A DNA stretch of 64,000 bases from Candidatus Sysuiplasma jiujiangense. Its GTDB lineage: Archaea > Thermoplasmatota > Thermoplasmata > Sysuiplasmatales > Sysuiplasmataceae. The stretch lies in NCBI GenBank assembly GCA_019721075.1, contig JAHEAD010000001.1, positions 1 to 64,000 of the forward strand, written 5' to 3'. Position 1 is the stretch's first letter, and each line of letters starts with the position of its first letter. This document shows positions 37,134 to 48,344 of this stretch, one piece after another. The notes beneath the pieces are model-generated. The model searched no databases. It saw nothing but the letters and a program-made list of their open reading frames with translations, and was not told the DNA's origin. The position numbers and the translations under genes were made by a program.

Positions 37134-38096
37134 TTGCCTGATGAAAATATATTTGTTGAAGTTGAAAATCTCAAAAAGGTTTTTCCAAGATCACTCGGAC
37201 TGCGCAGAAGAGGAAGGGGTGGCAGCGCGCTCAACGACATATCGTTCAATGCGAGACGTGGTGAAGTGGTGGCACTCCTCGGAGAGAATGGCGCAGGAAA
37301 GACGACGCTGCTCAAGATCATAGCTACGCTCATTACACCGACATCCGGACATGTCAGTGTAATGGGTTTCGACGCAGTGAGGGAAGACAACAAGGTAAGG
37401 TCCTGCATAACTTTTACGACAAACAGCGAGAGATCGTTCTATTACAGGCTGGACGGCTGGGCGAATCTCAGATTTTTCTGCGGACTCTACGGAATGAAGA
37501 TGGAAGAGGTAAAAAGCAATATCGAGCCCTATCTGGATGCGCTGTCGATGAGGAAGGCGATGAACATCAGTTACATGTATATGAGTACCGGCATGCGGAG
37601 GAAACTGGCTTTCCTGAGGACGGTCGCTCTTGACAGGCAGGTGATGCTGCTTGACGAACCGACAAGCAATATGGATCCAGCATCATCCGAAGAAGTTTCA
37701 TCAATAATCAGGGGCATCAGGAAGGAGAACAGAAAGACTATCCTCCTGAGCACGAACAACCTTGAGGATGCTGAAAAACTGGCAGACAGGGTACTGATCC
37801 TTTCCGGCGGAAACCTTGTATTTTCCGGAAGAGTCCCTTCGAAGTCAGCACTCAAGGGCGTTGTGGAAATTGTCCTGCAGGATGCAGTATATGCTGACAT
37901 GTCAAAAATACTTCCGGGAGCAGTCATATCCGCGGATGCAGACGGCATACACTATGTGAAGCAGTGCGACGACGCCGTTTCAGAGCTTAACGGCGCCGTG
38001 GATAAACTGAGATCTGCCGGCGTTCCATTGACGTCGGCAAGGATTGTCCAGCAGTCGCTGCAGGAACTTTTCGTCACTAAAACAAGGGGGAAGTGA
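37134..38096 (+). CDS. ABC exporter ATP-binding protein
   Basis: GENGAGKTT, MSTGM and LLDEPT. The H-loop reads STN rather than STH. Confidence 0.88.
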   Translation: MPDENIFVEVENLKKVFPRSLGLRRRGRGGSALNDISFNARRGEVVALLGENGAGKTTLLKIIATLITPTSGHVSVMGFDAVREDNKVRSCITFTTNSERSFYYRLDGWANLRFFCGLYGMKMEEVKSNIEPYLDALSMRKAMNISYMYMSTGMRRKLAFLRTVALDRQVMLLDEPTSNMDPASSEEVSSIIRGIRKENRKTILLSTNNLEDAEKLADRVLILSGGNLVFSGRVPSKSALKGVVEIVLQDAVYADMSKILPGAVISADADGIHYVKQCDDAVSELNGAVDKLRSAGVPLTSARIVQQSLQELFVTKTRGK

Positions 38097-38921
38097 ATGG
38101 GCAGCTTCGAGACAATACTCAGGAAAGCCTATCTGTTCACATTCATTCGGGGACTGAGAATCTGGACTACCTACAAGTCACAGGCAGTATTCACGGTACT
38201 TCAATGGATACTGCCCGTTTTCCTGTACTTCTTTGTTGCCTCCTATCTGACAAGCCAGATATCGTCTTCCATCTCTGCGTTCGGCGGCTCGTATATTGCA
38301 TTCTTTGTAATAGGGCTTGCATTCCAGGGATATGTCAGCGCAATGGTGGCATCTCTTTCCCAGAGGATAAGGACTGAGGAAGAAATGGGGACGCTGGAAC
38401 ATCTGATGCTATCACCCACAAGACCGGGCGCCATATTGCTTTACACGCTTCTGTGGCCGATCCTGCTCAATTCGATGGAGGCGGCAATGGTCCTGTCAAT
38501 AGGAGTCTATCTCCTCGGAGTACACCTGCATGTGAACGCGTTTGCGACTGCACTGGCCATACTGCTGATACTTGCAAGCAACGGCGGAATAGGGATGATG
38601 GCTGCAGCCTATACGCTCTTCGCAAAACAGGGAAATCCAATATCGCTGTTTTTCAGCACATTCAGCATATTCATCTCCGGCGTTGTCTTCCCGGTAACAA
38701 TACTTCCTCCATCCATCAGGGTTATTGCCTACGCTCTTCCTCTGACCTACGGACTTGAAGCGCTGCGCTATACAATGCTTGACGGTGCCACAATTCAGTC
38801 GATTATGCCGCTGATAGAGTATCTTGGAGCAGCATGCGTTGTTACCATACCGCTTGGTCTGTACCTGTTCAGGAGGGCCTTCAACTTTGTTCGAAATGAG
38901 GGAACGCTTTCTGGTTACTGA
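38097..38921 (+). CDS. ABC-2 type permease
   Basis: EEEMGTLEHLMLSP and SGVVFPVTILP...PLTYGLEALR. Confidence 0.88.
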   Translation: MGSFETILRKAYLFTFIRGLRIWTTYKSQAVFTVLQWILPVFLYFFVASYLTSQISSSISAFGGSYIAFFVIGLAFQGYVSAMVASLSQRIRTEEEMGTLEHLMLSPTRPGAILLYTLLWPILLNSMEAAMVLSIGVYLLGVHLHVNAFATALAILLILASNGGIGMMAAAYTLFAKQGNPISLFFSTFSIFISGVVFPVTILPPSIRVIAYALPLTYGLEALRYTMLDGATIQSIMPLIEYLGAACVVTIPLGLYLFRRAFNFVRNEGTLSGY

Positions 38922-38950
38922 CAGAGCAGCGCATCAGATGCCAGGGGCGA

Positions 38951-39682
38951 TCAATCGTTGAAATTGAATGCGGATGGACACAGTTTGTTGAGAGCGCAGG
39001 ATGCGCAGAGCGGTTTCCTTGCCCTGCAGATCGTTCTTCCATGTGCAATCAGCAGCGTGGTGAAATCCCCCCAGTGCTTTGTGTCTACAATCTCCATAAG
39101 TTGCCTTTCAGCAGCGGTTGCGTTTTTAACCGTTACAAGGCCAAGTCTGACGGAAAGGCGGAGCACGTGTGTATCAACCGCTATGCCTTCGTTGATGCCG
39201 AAGGCGACAGAAAGGACAACGTTTGCTGTTTTTCTCGCTACACCGGGTAATTCAAGCAGGCCCTCCATTGTCCGTGGAACGCCGCCGTTGTAATTTCTGA
39301 CAATCAAACGGCACGCTTCCCTGATGTATCTGGATTTCTGCCTGTAATACCCGCAGGGTTTCACGATCTTCCTTATATCGGAAAGTTCTGCGCCTGCCAG
39401 GCCGGCGGGTACCGAATACGAGGAGAAGAGGTTCGCTGTCACCCTGTTGACAGCATTATCAGTGCACTGTGCAGAGAGTATAGTCGCAACAAGAAGCTCT
39501 TCCGGTGTGGAAAAATTCAAAGCGCAACGTGCATCAGGATATTTTCGCTTCAGCACCGATAAGATACTGCGTACACGCGATCTCAGCACATTTTCCGGAT
39601 TTCTCAGTTCGGAAACACTTCTGGCCGCCTTTGCGGTGGGGAAGGCAGGCTTTTGAAATTCAGACCTTGAATTTCTCTTCAT
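38951..39682 (-). CDS. nth: Endonuclease III
   Basis: LLVATILSAQCTD, LPGVARKTA (HhH), VDTHV and CRARKPLCASCALNKLC (4Fe-4S). Confidence 0.95.
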   Translation of the reverse strand: MKRNSRSEFQKPAFPTAKAARSVSELRNPENVLRSRVRSILSVLKRKYPDARCALNFSTPEELLVATILSAQCTDNAVNRVTANLFSSYSVPAGLAGAELSDIRKIVKPCGYYRQKSRYIREACRLIVRNYNGGVPRTMEGLLELPGVARKTANVVLSVAFGINEGIAVDTHVLRLSVRLGLVTVKNATAAERQLMEIVDTKHWGDFTTLLIAHGRTICRARKPLCASCALNKLCPSAFNFND

Positions 39683-40157
39683 AAAGTATCATCCAGGTGC
39701 CTATGCCTTTCGCGCACAGTTTGCCATTGCAGTCAAAAAGTTCCATATCACTGACAACTATATTGCGCCCGCCCCGGACGACTTTTGCAACGCATGTCAT
39801 CTCGCCCATCCTGACCGGCTCGAGAAAATTTATCTTGAGTTCAATTGTTACCTGATTCTTTCCCCTGTTTACGGTAGCTGTTGCTGTTCCGCCTGCAGCA
39901 TCAATCAGTGCGCTGATTGCACCCCCGTTCACTATTCCGCCATGCCTGAGGACAATACCGCTCTCTGGCATTTTCAATTTGGCATAACCGAAGTCAATCT
40001 CCACAACCTCGACACCAAGGTGACCAAGAAACGGATCACCCTTTATGATGGAGGAAAGTTGTGCAAGTATTTTGAAATCACCTTTGAAATCGCCTGAATC
40101 ATCAGACATACTGTGTGAAAACCTGCCATTGGTTAAATAATTGCTTGATTCGCTCAT
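39660..40157 (-). CDS. PaaI-family hotdog thioesterase
   Basis: GIVNGGAISALIDAAGG and TIELKINFLEP. True start probably near 40109. Confidence 0.85.
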   Translation of the reverse strand: MSESSNYLTNGRFSHSMSDDSGDFKGDFKILAQLSSIIKGDPFLGHLGVEVVEIDFGYAKLKMPESGIVLRHGGIVNGGAISALIDAAGGTATATVNRGKNQVTIELKINFLEPVRMGEMTCVAKVVRGGRNIVVSDMELFDCNGKLCAKGIGTWMILYEEKFKV

Positions 40158-42949
40158 GCTGCTCTTAGGAGCCGCTTGAGAACAAAGGGCAGGATGCCGC
40201 CAGTTTTGAAGTACTCCACTTCCACTTCGGTATCAAGCCTTACAATGAGCTTTGCTTCCGAAGGAGAACCTGAGCGATTCGTATATGACAACATGGCATG
40301 GTCTCTTGGACCTATGTTCTGATCCAGGATAATTGAAAGAGTCCCGGAAAAGTCAATGGAAAGAGTCTCCGGGTCCTTGCCTTCCTCAAACTGAAGAGGC
40401 AGCACTCCCATGCCGATCAGGTTGCTCCTGTGTATTCGTTCAAAGCTCTTCGCAATTACCGCCTTTACGCCCAGGAGCATGGGTCCCTTCGCTGCCCAGT
40501 CCCTGGAGCTGCCTGAACCATATTCGCTGCCGGCTATGACAACAAGCGGCACACTTTCCTTGCCGTATTCCACTGCTGCATCGAAAATTGTCATCTTCCT
40601 CCTGTCAGGGAAGTGGAGTGTGAATCCGCCCTCGGTCCCCGGCAGCAGCAGGTTTTTGATCCTCTTGTTCGCAAATGTCCCTCTGGTCATTATTCTGTCA
40701 TTTCCGCGTCTTGAGCCGTAAGTATTGAATTCGGAAGGCTGGACTCCTTTTTCAATGAGATATTTTCCCGCAGGCGTATCAGGTGAGAATGCACCTGCAG
40801 GAGAGATGTGATCCGTCGTCACCGAATCTCCGAACACGCAGAGCACCCTTGCATCCTTGATCGATTTTACCGCACCGGACTCCGAGGGGTCAAAACCGCT
40901 GAAAAACGGTGGAAGCTGGATGTAGGTGCTGTTTTCATCCCATCTGTATAGCAGGCCCGACGGCGATTCAAGTCTGTTCCATTCCTCATTGGCGTTCTGG
41001 AAATTGGAATACCGCTCCCTGTACATTTCGGGAGTAATTGCATTGTTCATGACGTTCTGTATCTCGGCAGAAGAAGGCCAGATGTCCCTCAGGTAGACTT
41101 CCCTGCCGTCCTTTGTCATGGAGAGCGGTTGCGTTGTCATGTCGATGAGCACGGTGCCTGCAAGTGCGAAGGCAACAACGAGCGGAGGTGACATTAGATA
41201 ATTCGCCCTGACATCATTGTGTATTCTCGCCTCAAAATTCCTGTTGCCGGAAAGAACGCTGCATGCTGAAAGGTTATTGGCTGCAATGGCCTTTGAAATG
41301 GGCTCCGGCAGCGGGCCGCTGTTTCCGATGCAAGTGGTGCATCCGTAACCGACAAGGTAGAATCCAAGCTGCTCTAGCGGTTTCGAAAGCCCCGCCTTTC
41401 TGAGATAGTCTGTCACAACCCGTGAGCCTGGTGCCAGGCTCGTTTTTACCTTCCTCTGGACTGACAGTCCTTTCTCAACCGCCTTTTTTGCCAGGAGGCC
41501 GGCTGCTATCATGACGGCAGGATTGCTTGTATTCGTGCAGCTCGTGATCGCCGCAATGACTACGTCCCCGTCCGAAAGTTCTGTCTTGTTACCCGGAGGA
41601 TATTCGACAGCCACGGTTTTCCGTTCCGGATTCCTATGAACCTCTGTCTGGAGACCGGTTGTTGCATTTCCGCCCTCATAAAGCTGATTGGCCGCGCCAC
41701 CATGATTGGCCGCCGGGGGAGAGCTGTCAAAAAAATGTGAAACAAAATTATTCCTGATGCCTGAAAGCGAAACCCTTGACTGCGGAAGTTTTGGCCCTGC
41801 GACGCTGGGCTCAATTCCTGACAGATCAAGGTCGACCGTTTTGCTGAACTTCACCAGGGAATAGTCGATGCCAGAAAATTCCTGAGCTTTGTAATATCGT
41901 CTTATGACTTCAAGATGCTTAGAACTTCTTGCCGTCGCCTTAAGGTAAGACAGTGTTTCTTCGTCAATAGGAAACAGGGCAATTGTCGCACCGTACTCAG
42001 GACACATGTTTGACATTGTTGCCCTGTCAGGAATGCTAAGGCTCTTTATCCCGTCCCCGAAAAATTCGACGAATTTGCCAACGACATTTTCCTTTCTGAG
42101 CATTTGCGTCAGAGTGAGCGTCAGATCAGTCGCCGTGACACCTTCCGGGAGCCTGTTTCTGATGTTCACTCCGACGACCTCCGGTTGCGCAAAAGTCACA
42201 GGCTGATCCAGCATGGCTGCCTCAGCTTCGATTCCGCCGACCCCAAAACCGAGAACACCGATTCCATTGACCATGGTAGTATGGGAGTCCGTGCCAACGA
42301 GTGTGTCTGGATAAGCGAGTTTTCTGCCTTCAATCTCATTCACAGTGACGCAGGTGGCAAGATACTCCAAGTTTACCTGATGGACGATTCCAAGTGATGG
42401 CGGCATTACCCTGAAATTCCTGAATGCGCCGGACGCCCATTTCAGAAACGAGTAGCGTTCCGCGTTTCTTTCAAACTCTTTCTCCCTGTTTATCATAAAC
42501 GAGTCGGATGAGCCAAACGAGTCCACCTGAACAGAATGGTCTATTACAAGATCAACAGGAACCTGAGGCTGAACGATGTCAGGATTCGAGCCGCACTTCT
42601 TTACGGCCTCCCTCATTGCAGCAAGGTCCACAACAGCAGGCACACCTGTAAAATCCTGCATCAGCACCCTTGCAACTTTGAAAGGAACCTCCACATCGGC
42701 GGGGTGTGAAGCATTCCAGTTTGCGAGTGAAACTACATCATTCTCCCTAACCGAAACACCGTCAATATTCCTGAGAAGTGACTCCAGAACAATCCTGATT
42801 GAAAGAGGAAGTGTGTGTATTTTGCCTATGCCTTCTCTTTCGAGCGCGGGAAGGGAATAATAATGAATCTGCTCATCGTCATCCAGTTTGAATGCGTCAA
42901 GCGTATTCCAGCTGCTGTGAAGGCGGGAAACGCCGCTTTTTGCTGCCAT
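40154..42949 (-). CDS. acnA: Aconitate hydratase A
   Basis: QDFTGVP, DHSVQVD, GTDSHT, AITSCTN, GYGCTTCIGNSG, TTDHISP and GSSRDWAAKG. Confidence 0.97.
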   Translation of the reverse strand: MAAKSGVSRLHSSWNTLDAFKLDDDEQIHYYSLPALEREGIGKIHTLPLSIRIVLESLLRNIDGVSVRENDVVSLANWNASHPADVEVPFKVARVLMQDFTGVPAVVDLAAMREAVKKCGSNPDIVQPQVPVDLVIDHSVQVDSFGSSDSFMINREKEFERNAERYSFLKWASGAFRNFRVMPPSLGIVHQVNLEYLATCVTVNEIEGRKLAYPDTLVGTDSHTTMVNGIGVLGFGVGGIEAEAAMLDQPVTFAQPEVVGVNIRNRLPEGVTATDLTLTLTQMLRKENVVGKFVEFFGDGIKSLSIPDRATMSNMCPEYGATIALFPIDEETLSYLKATARSSKHLEVIRRYYKAQEFSGIDYSLVKFSKTVDLDLSGIEPSVAGPKLPQSRVSLSGIRNNFVSHFFDSSPPAANHGGAANQLYEGGNATTGLQTEVHRNPERKTVAVEYPPGNKTELSDGDVVIAAITSCTNTSNPAVMIAAGLLAKKAVEKGLSVQRKVKTSLAPGSRVVTDYLRKAGLSKPLEQLGFYLVGYGCTTCIGNSGPLPEPISKAIAANNLSACSVLSGNRNFEARIHNDVRANYLMSPPLVVAFALAGTVLIDMTTQPLSMTKDGREVYLRDIWPSSAEIQNVMNNAITPEMYRERYSNFQNANEEWNRLESPSGLLYRWDENSTYIQLPPFFSGFDPSESGAVKSIKDARVLCVFGDSVTTDHISPAGAFSPDTPAGKYLIEKGVQPSEFNTYGSRRGNDRIMTRGTFANKRIKNLLLPGTEGGFTLHFPDRRKMTIFDAAVEYGKESVPLVVIAGSEYGSGSSRDWAAKGPMLLGVKAVIAKSFERIHRSNLIGMGVLPLQFEEGKDPETLSIDFSGTLSIILDQNIGPRDHAMLSYTNRSGSPSEAKLIVRLDTEVEVEYFKTGGILPFVLKRLLRAA

Positions 42950-43056
42950 GCGTCCAAATAAGGAACAATCCCAATTAATGCTTTTCGAAACACTGCCATA
43001 AACAATTCATGCGTCGTGCTTTCGCCTTTCAACCGGTGACAGGAACGGCCAGTAAA

Positions 43057-43142
43057 AGCCACCAGGGAGATTTGAACTCCCGACCTGCTGATTTCCAGTA
43101 ATCAATACAAGTCAGCCGCTCTACCGCCTGAGCTATGGTGGC
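43057..43142 (-). tRNA. tRNA-Thr(UGU) with a 13-nt intron at 37/38 (43093-43105)
   Basis: Minus strand reads GCCACCATAGCTCAGGCGGTAGAGCGGCTGACTTGTA[TTGATTACTGGAA]ATCAGCAGGTCGGGAGTTCAAATCTCCCTGGTGGCT. Confidence 0.92.
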
Positions 43143-43420
43143 ATTGACGGCCCAATTCACCTGAGTCATATAAAAACGATGCTCCGGATGAATCGCAACC
43201 GAAGTTTCAGGACATATCACGCATGTTCTCTGGCCATCCATTTCCTCTCACCCGGACACTGGAAAAAATAACGATCGGCGTTCTCGGTCATCCCCGTAAG
43301 GTCTTCATCTGTCAGAGCGACCGGATTCAGAATTGTTGGCGAATTCATTAAATACCATACAAAAGGGAATCTATTGAACGGCGGACCGGAACATGTTCGG
43401 TCACTCAACCGCCCGTTTGC

Positions 43421-45901
43421 GTGAAAGGGAGTGAACCATCATTGGCAGGCGCTCGTGAAAAAATAATCAGTTACTTTAAATTCTGGTATCCGCCCGTAAT
43501 TGCCGCTGCTGTGCCGATAGGCATTACCATAATTATGGCTGTACTGGGACTTTCCCTCGGTTCCAGTTCGATGGACATGGGTATTGACCTTGGTTCTGTC
43601 GTGTATCTGATCATAATGACGTCCGCAATATGCACGGCTTATCTGCTCAGGTACAAAGAGCTTGAACTCAGGTATGACTTAATCTCGGCAGCGGCATTTT
43701 TTCAGTTTCTTCTCATCTGTATTGTCATATCTGTTTATTTCCCCATGACAACATTGGACATCGCTTTGCCGATGACCGGCCTGGCAACCATCATTGTTCT
43801 GGCAGCCGGCATCCCGTGGAGTACCACGAGGGAAAAGTGGCCGCCGAGTCTAATGTCTTTATGGATGTTGGTGCCCACTGTAATGACGTTTGCTTTTCTT
43901 TATTCTCTTAAGAACGTGTCCGTGGACGTTTTCGAGTTTCTGTCCAACAATCTGAATGATACACTTGTCAATGTGCTAGTTATCACAATAGCGCTCATTC
44001 TCATCCTCAATCTCCGGCATCGCGCGTTCAAACCGTTTCGTTACAGTTTCCATGGCATCATCGCATTTTCGTTTCTGCTCATTGCTTCTACCGTGATTCA
44101 CTTCCTGTCGACCAGAAAACTCGATCTCGCATGGTGGATTTCCAGCCTACTTGTCTGGCAATCGCTGCTGTTCGTGTTGTGGGGTAATTTCAGGGATTAC
44201 ACGTGGTTTACAGAAGACGAAAAACACACTTATCAGCTGATGAATCAGGCGCAGAACAGTTTGAGGAGAGAGACGCCTGCGAGACTCTCGACAGGCATTG
44301 TCAATACCATTTCCTCTGAACTCAAGGGCGCAGGAAGTTTCAGCTACACATCAACGGATGGAAATGACTGGGAGCTTGAAGATGAGGTTGTGCCGTCCGG
44401 CACAGAGGCCGGATCCATGCCTCCGAGACTCAATTTCAGAACAAGGGAACTGATGCTGGATGAGCCAGACGTTTTCATCAGTTCTTCTGACATCACGGAG
44501 ACAGGCAGAAGATTGAAGGAAGTATCGGTAGTTCCGTGTGGCGGGGCCGTCTTCAGAGCGCCAAACGGCAGATTCCATTTTTTAGGTATCAGAGAAGCAG
44601 GACGGCAGTGGTGGGAAAGATATGAAATCATAATGCTCAAATCGATTGTCCTTGCACTGGGACTCGCAGCCTATCAGCGTGAAACGTCGGCAAAGCGCGC
44701 AAAAATGATAATGCAGCTCCTGTCAATCACACACGCGGTGGAGAGGATATTCTCGGCATCCGATCCGGAGGAACTCCGCTCGAACGTAATCAGGCTTATT
44801 TCGGATGATCTGGGATTCGATAATGTCTCGCTTTGGAGCGCCGAAGAAAATGACATCCTTGTGCCACGCAATTTCGTTTGGAGAGGACGGAAAGAGAGAG
44901 AACTGAATTCAAACGATATTCTGCGATTCGGCGTTGGTATTATAGGGACCGTTGCCGGCACCGGCAAACCGCTGCTCGCGAATGATGTAACTGCTGAACC
45001 GGTGTATGTGAATCCGATCGGTTCCGACACCCGGAGCGAATATGCAGTGCCTGTAATGCAGGATGACAGGGTTATTGCCGTCCTCGATGTCCAATCAAAT
45101 CAGAAAAATTCGTTTGACTCAATGGATACCGAAGTGATAGACACAATTGCAATGTTGATTGCAGCGGGATTTGACTTTTACCGCCTTAGATCTGACCTGA
45201 ACGAGGGCAAAAAGCTTGCCGAGGTGCGTGCCGGACTTGTTTCGCATGACCTGCGGAATATGTTTCAAGCCATGCGCGTTTTTCTTCAATTGCTTCGCTC
45301 GGATCTGTCAGCCAACAGGAGTGTTCCGGCCAAAGATCTGGATTACATCGCGAATATCGACAGTTCGATAGACGCTTCCCTTGAATTTCTTGGAAATGTG
45401 CTGAAGATCTTCAAGACAGAGAGCGGAACGCTGGAACTGACATCCTTCGACCTTCGGGAGGTTCTGGAGAAATCTGCTTCAATAGTAAAGCTCAACTTTC
45501 CCTCCAGAGACATACGATTCATGTTCAGCATTGATACCAGCCCGACGATTCTGGTCGGAAACAGTCTGATCGGTGAAGTGTTTTCAAACCTGTTCTCCAA
45601 CTCCGCAAAATATTGCGACAAGGCACAGGTAATTGTGGAAGTCACAGCGCAAAAATGCAGTCGCAAAGGAAGAGAAACAGTAAGCGTCAGGGTCACAGAC
45701 AATGGCAGAGGCATACCACGCAATCGTTTTGCATCAGTATTTAACAGATTTCATACTGCCACAGGGGGAGCGGGTCTTGGTCTCTCGCTGGTAAAGAAAA
45801 TCATGGACAGCATCAGTGCGGAAATAGAACTGGTGGAGAATGTCCCTGGCGATATCAACGGCGGAACTTCGTTCATACTGTATTTCATGCCATTCACGTG
45901 A
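43421..45901 (+). CDS. Membrane-bound GAF sensor histidine kinase
   Basis: About 8 N-terminal TMs, a GAF domain (GIIGTVA..GKPLLANDV, SEYAVP), H-box SHDLRN, N-box NLFSNSAKY, DNGRGI and GLGL. Confidence 0.9.
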   Translation: MKGSEPSLAGAREKIISYFKFWYPPVIAAAVPIGITIIMAVLGLSLGSSSMDMGIDLGSVVYLIIMTSAICTAYLLRYKELELRYDLISAAAFFQFLLICIVISVYFPMTTLDIALPMTGLATIIVLAAGIPWSTTREKWPPSLMSLWMLVPTVMTFAFLYSLKNVSVDVFEFLSNNLNDTLVNVLVITIALILILNLRHRAFKPFRYSFHGIIAFSFLLIASTVIHFLSTRKLDLAWWISSLLVWQSLLFVLWGNFRDYTWFTEDEKHTYQLMNQAQNSLRRETPARLSTGIVNTISSELKGAGSFSYTSTDGNDWELEDEVVPSGTEAGSMPPRLNFRTRELMLDEPDVFISSSDITETGRRLKEVSVVPCGGAVFRAPNGRFHFLGIREAGRQWWERYEIIMLKSIVLALGLAAYQRETSAKRAKMIMQLLSITHAVERIFSASDPEELRSNVIRLISDDLGFDNVSLWSAEENDILVPRNFVWRGRKERELNSNDILRFGVGIIGTVAGTGKPLLANDVTAEPVYVNPIGSDTRSEYAVPVMQDDRVIAVLDVQSNQKNSFDSMDTEVIDTIAMLIAAGFDFYRLRSDLNEGKKLAEVRAGLVSHDLRNMFQAMRVFLQLLRSDLSANRSVPAKDLDYIANIDSSIDASLEFLGNVLKIFKTESGTLELTSFDLREVLEKSASIVKLNFPSRDIRFMFSIDTSPTILVGNSLIGEVFSNLFSNSAKYCDKAQVIVEVTAQKCSRKGRETVSVRVTDNGRGIPRNRFASVFNRFHTATGGAGLGLSLVKKIMDSISAEIELVENVPGDINGGTSFILYFMPFT

Positions 45902-46002
45902 AACAGGCAGGGATGTTGCACAGTGACAGAGGAGCAGTCCGCATACAGCGCCTGCCAGACAGTACTGAAAGAGGAGCTGGGAGTTGAAAATTGCCCATTA
46001 GT

Positions 46003-46707
46003 TTATCGTTTTTCCGGGCTGGTGTTCATAAAATCGTCAGGACCGCCGGAACTGATGTCAAAGGTTGTTTCACCGGTCTGCAGGAAGCGGGCTTGATTCT
46101 CATCCAGCTCTGTTACAGAGACGCCGTCGCCTATTATGGCGCTGTTGCCGTAGGGGTCCTCCACAACAAGATGGAACGGCTCATTACCGTCCTTCATCCG
46201 CGCCATCCTCTCAAGAAGTGATTCGCATTTCTCGAATATATCAAGTTCAGCGTCCCTTTTCACAATCGTGACGACCTCCAAAACGCGGTCAAGCACTCCC
46301 TCAACATTTGATACAAAACTTTCCGAGGCCGTTCCAGGTTCAACACACACACCGATTTCAGGAATACGGATCGTGCCTGAATTTGAACGCACGACCCTGG
46401 AGTTCAGCGCCCCGATGGAATCCACGAGCAGTTCGAATCTTCTGGGTCCCCTGTTTTCTAGTATAATTATATCTGAGTGCTTGAAACCACAGGAAGTGCA
46501 TACGAACGTGGTCTGCATCGCCTTTCCGATAAACGGCAGTGAAAGTGAAATTAGAGTGTTAACCACTTTCTTTTCCGTGCACGCAATGCACGGCAGATCG
46601 ACAAAGACTTTTACAGGTTCACCGTCGACGATGTCCTGGCTTTCACCGTTGGAGGCCGGCGACGCTGTTTCTTTATCCTTATCCATACACAGTCCGTATG
46701 AATTCAA
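46003..46707 (-). CDS. ZPR1 zinc-finger protein
   Basis: CIAC...[28 protein letters not shown] and EDPYGNS. Confidence 0.9.
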   Translation of the reverse strand: MNSYGLCMDKDKETASPASNGESQDIVDGEPVKVFVDLPCIACTEKKVVNTLISLSLPFIGKAMQTTFVCTSCGFKHSDIIILENRGPRRFELLVDSIGALNSRVVRSNSGTIRIPEIGVCVEPGTASESFVSNVEGVLDRVLEVVTIVKRDAELDIFEKCESLLERMARMKDGNEPFHLVVEDPYGNSAIIGDGVSVTELDENQARFLQTGETTFDISSGGPDDFMNTSPEKR

Positions 46708-46759
46708 ATCTGAAACAACTACTTAAACCTGAGAGTGGCTGGCACGAAAAATTATGCCC

Positions 46760-47845
46760 TCAGCACTCGATGAGCTGCCTGTCTGCATCTGTGAGTATCC
46801 TCGGAGAGGATGAAGTCACAACCACGTCGTCTTCTATACGCACACCGCCGAAACCCTGCAGATATGCACCGGGCTCAACCGTCACGACCATTCCACTTTC
46901 GAGTTTTCCCTTTGACGAAGGGGAAAGCGACGGCAGCCCGTCATGCACCTGAAGGCCTAGGCCATGCCCCAGACTGTGAATGAAAGTTCCCTTGAATTCA
47001 CTGCTGTCGATGACATTTCGGGCCGCCGCATCGACGTCCTTCCCCGTTGCGCCAGGGCTTATCTCCGACATGGCGGCAGACTGGGCCCTGAGGACCGTTT
47101 CATAGAGATTCTTCTGCCTGCTGCTTGCCTTTCCGAAGACAAAAGTTCTGGTGATATCCGAGCAATACCTTTTGTATGTTCCGCCAAAGTCTGCAAGAAC
47201 AAGATTGCCTCTTTTCAGCTTCAAATCACCAGGAGAGTAGTGTGGTATGGCGCTTGTCCTGCCGAACGAAACGATGGGAGCGAAGGAAGGGGATTCGCTT
47301 CCCTGCTCATAAAGAGCCTTCGATATCAGGGAGGAAAGCTTCCTTTCGGTCATGCCTTCCTTCAGAAAACCGGGTATCATGTCGGCAACCCTGGATGCAA
47401 TCCTGCATGATCTGGCTATGTCCGATATTTCCCCTTCATCCTTTACTGCCCTACAGTCTGCCAACTGGCCGGAACAGTCCACTATTTTGCCCTTGAAAGC
47501 CTTCCTTATGCTCCTGAATGATTCATGCGTTACTGCCGGAAAATTCATTCCTATTGTGCTGAATCCGTGTAGACTCTTCCTCAGAAGATTACCCATGTCG
47601 TTCTTCGTCCTGATGACATCGAATTGAACGTCAAGGCCGTCAAGTGCAGGAGCCTCAAGCGGAGAAGTGATGACATGAATACCGCGCTTTGTTATTATCG
47701 CAACAGATCCTTCAAAAATCCCCGAGTTCGGCCTCACAAAATACCTGAAATTATGATCTACATGGTTGTCGCTTCCGTTGGCAATGACAACTGCATCTGT
47801 CGAGCCGTTCAGTATTTTAAAAAGTCTTTCGTATCTCTGCTGCAT
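46760..47845 (-). CDS. Xaa-Pro aminopeptidase/prolidase (M24)
   Basis: [31 protein letters not shown] and RIEDD. Confidence 0.93.
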   Translation of the reverse strand: MQQRYERLFKILNGSTDAVVIANGSDNHVDHNFRYFVRPNSGIFEGSVAIITKRGIHVITSPLEAPALDGLDVQFDVIRTKNDMGNLLRKSLHGFSTIGMNFPAVTHESFRSIRKAFKGKIVDCSGQLADCRAVKDEGEISDIARSCRIASRVADMIPGFLKEGMTERKLSSLISKALYEQGSESPSFAPIVSFGRTSAIPHYSPGDLKLKRGNLVLADFGGTYKRYCSDITRTFVFGKASSRQKNLYETVLRAQSAAMSEISPGATGKDVDAAARNVIDSSEFKGTFIHSLGHGLGLQVHDGLPSLSPSSKGKLESGMVVTVEPGAYLQGFGGVRIEDDVVVTSSSPRILTDADRQLIEC

Positions 47846-47912
47846 ATACTGTTGAATATGCTAATGGTAATAAATTGTTGCAAAGAAACCATAGGATAGC
47901 TTAATCTTTAAA

Positions 47913-48335
47913 GTGCGGATAACCGGCAATGTGAAATACAAGCTTCTGGACCACACGGCTGATATAAGAATTCAGGCATTCGGTACAGACCTTAACGAAA
48001 TATTCGAAAACTCGGCATATGCACTGTTTGACCAGATTGTTGATCTGAGTACCGTGGTGCCAAAGGGTGAGGAAAAGATCGAGATCGAGGCACGTTCGGC
48101 CGACAGCCTGCTTGTTGATTACCTGAATGAGCTCATCTTCATTGAGAGTGCGATGGGAATCCTCTTCTCATCGTTTTCGGTAAACGTCAGTGGGACACGC
48201 CTCAGATCCTCGGTCAGGGGAGAAAAGATTGACAGGAAACGACACCTGCTTAAGGATGACGTCAAAGCTGTCACATACCACATGCTTGAATTAAATATTG
48301 AAAAAGGTTATGCAAAATTCATAATTGATGTTTGA
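47913..48335 (+). CDS. Archease
   Basis: LDHTAD and VKAVTYH, with terminal IIDV. Confidence 0.93.
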   Translation: MRITGNVKYKLLDHTADIRIQAFGTDLNEIFENSAYALFDQIVDLSTVVPKGEEKIEIEARSADSLLVDYLNELIFIESAMGILFSSFSVNVSGTRLRSSVRGEKIDRKRHLLKDDVKAVTYHMLELNIEKGYAKFIIDV

Positions 48336-48344
48336 GGTGCACAA

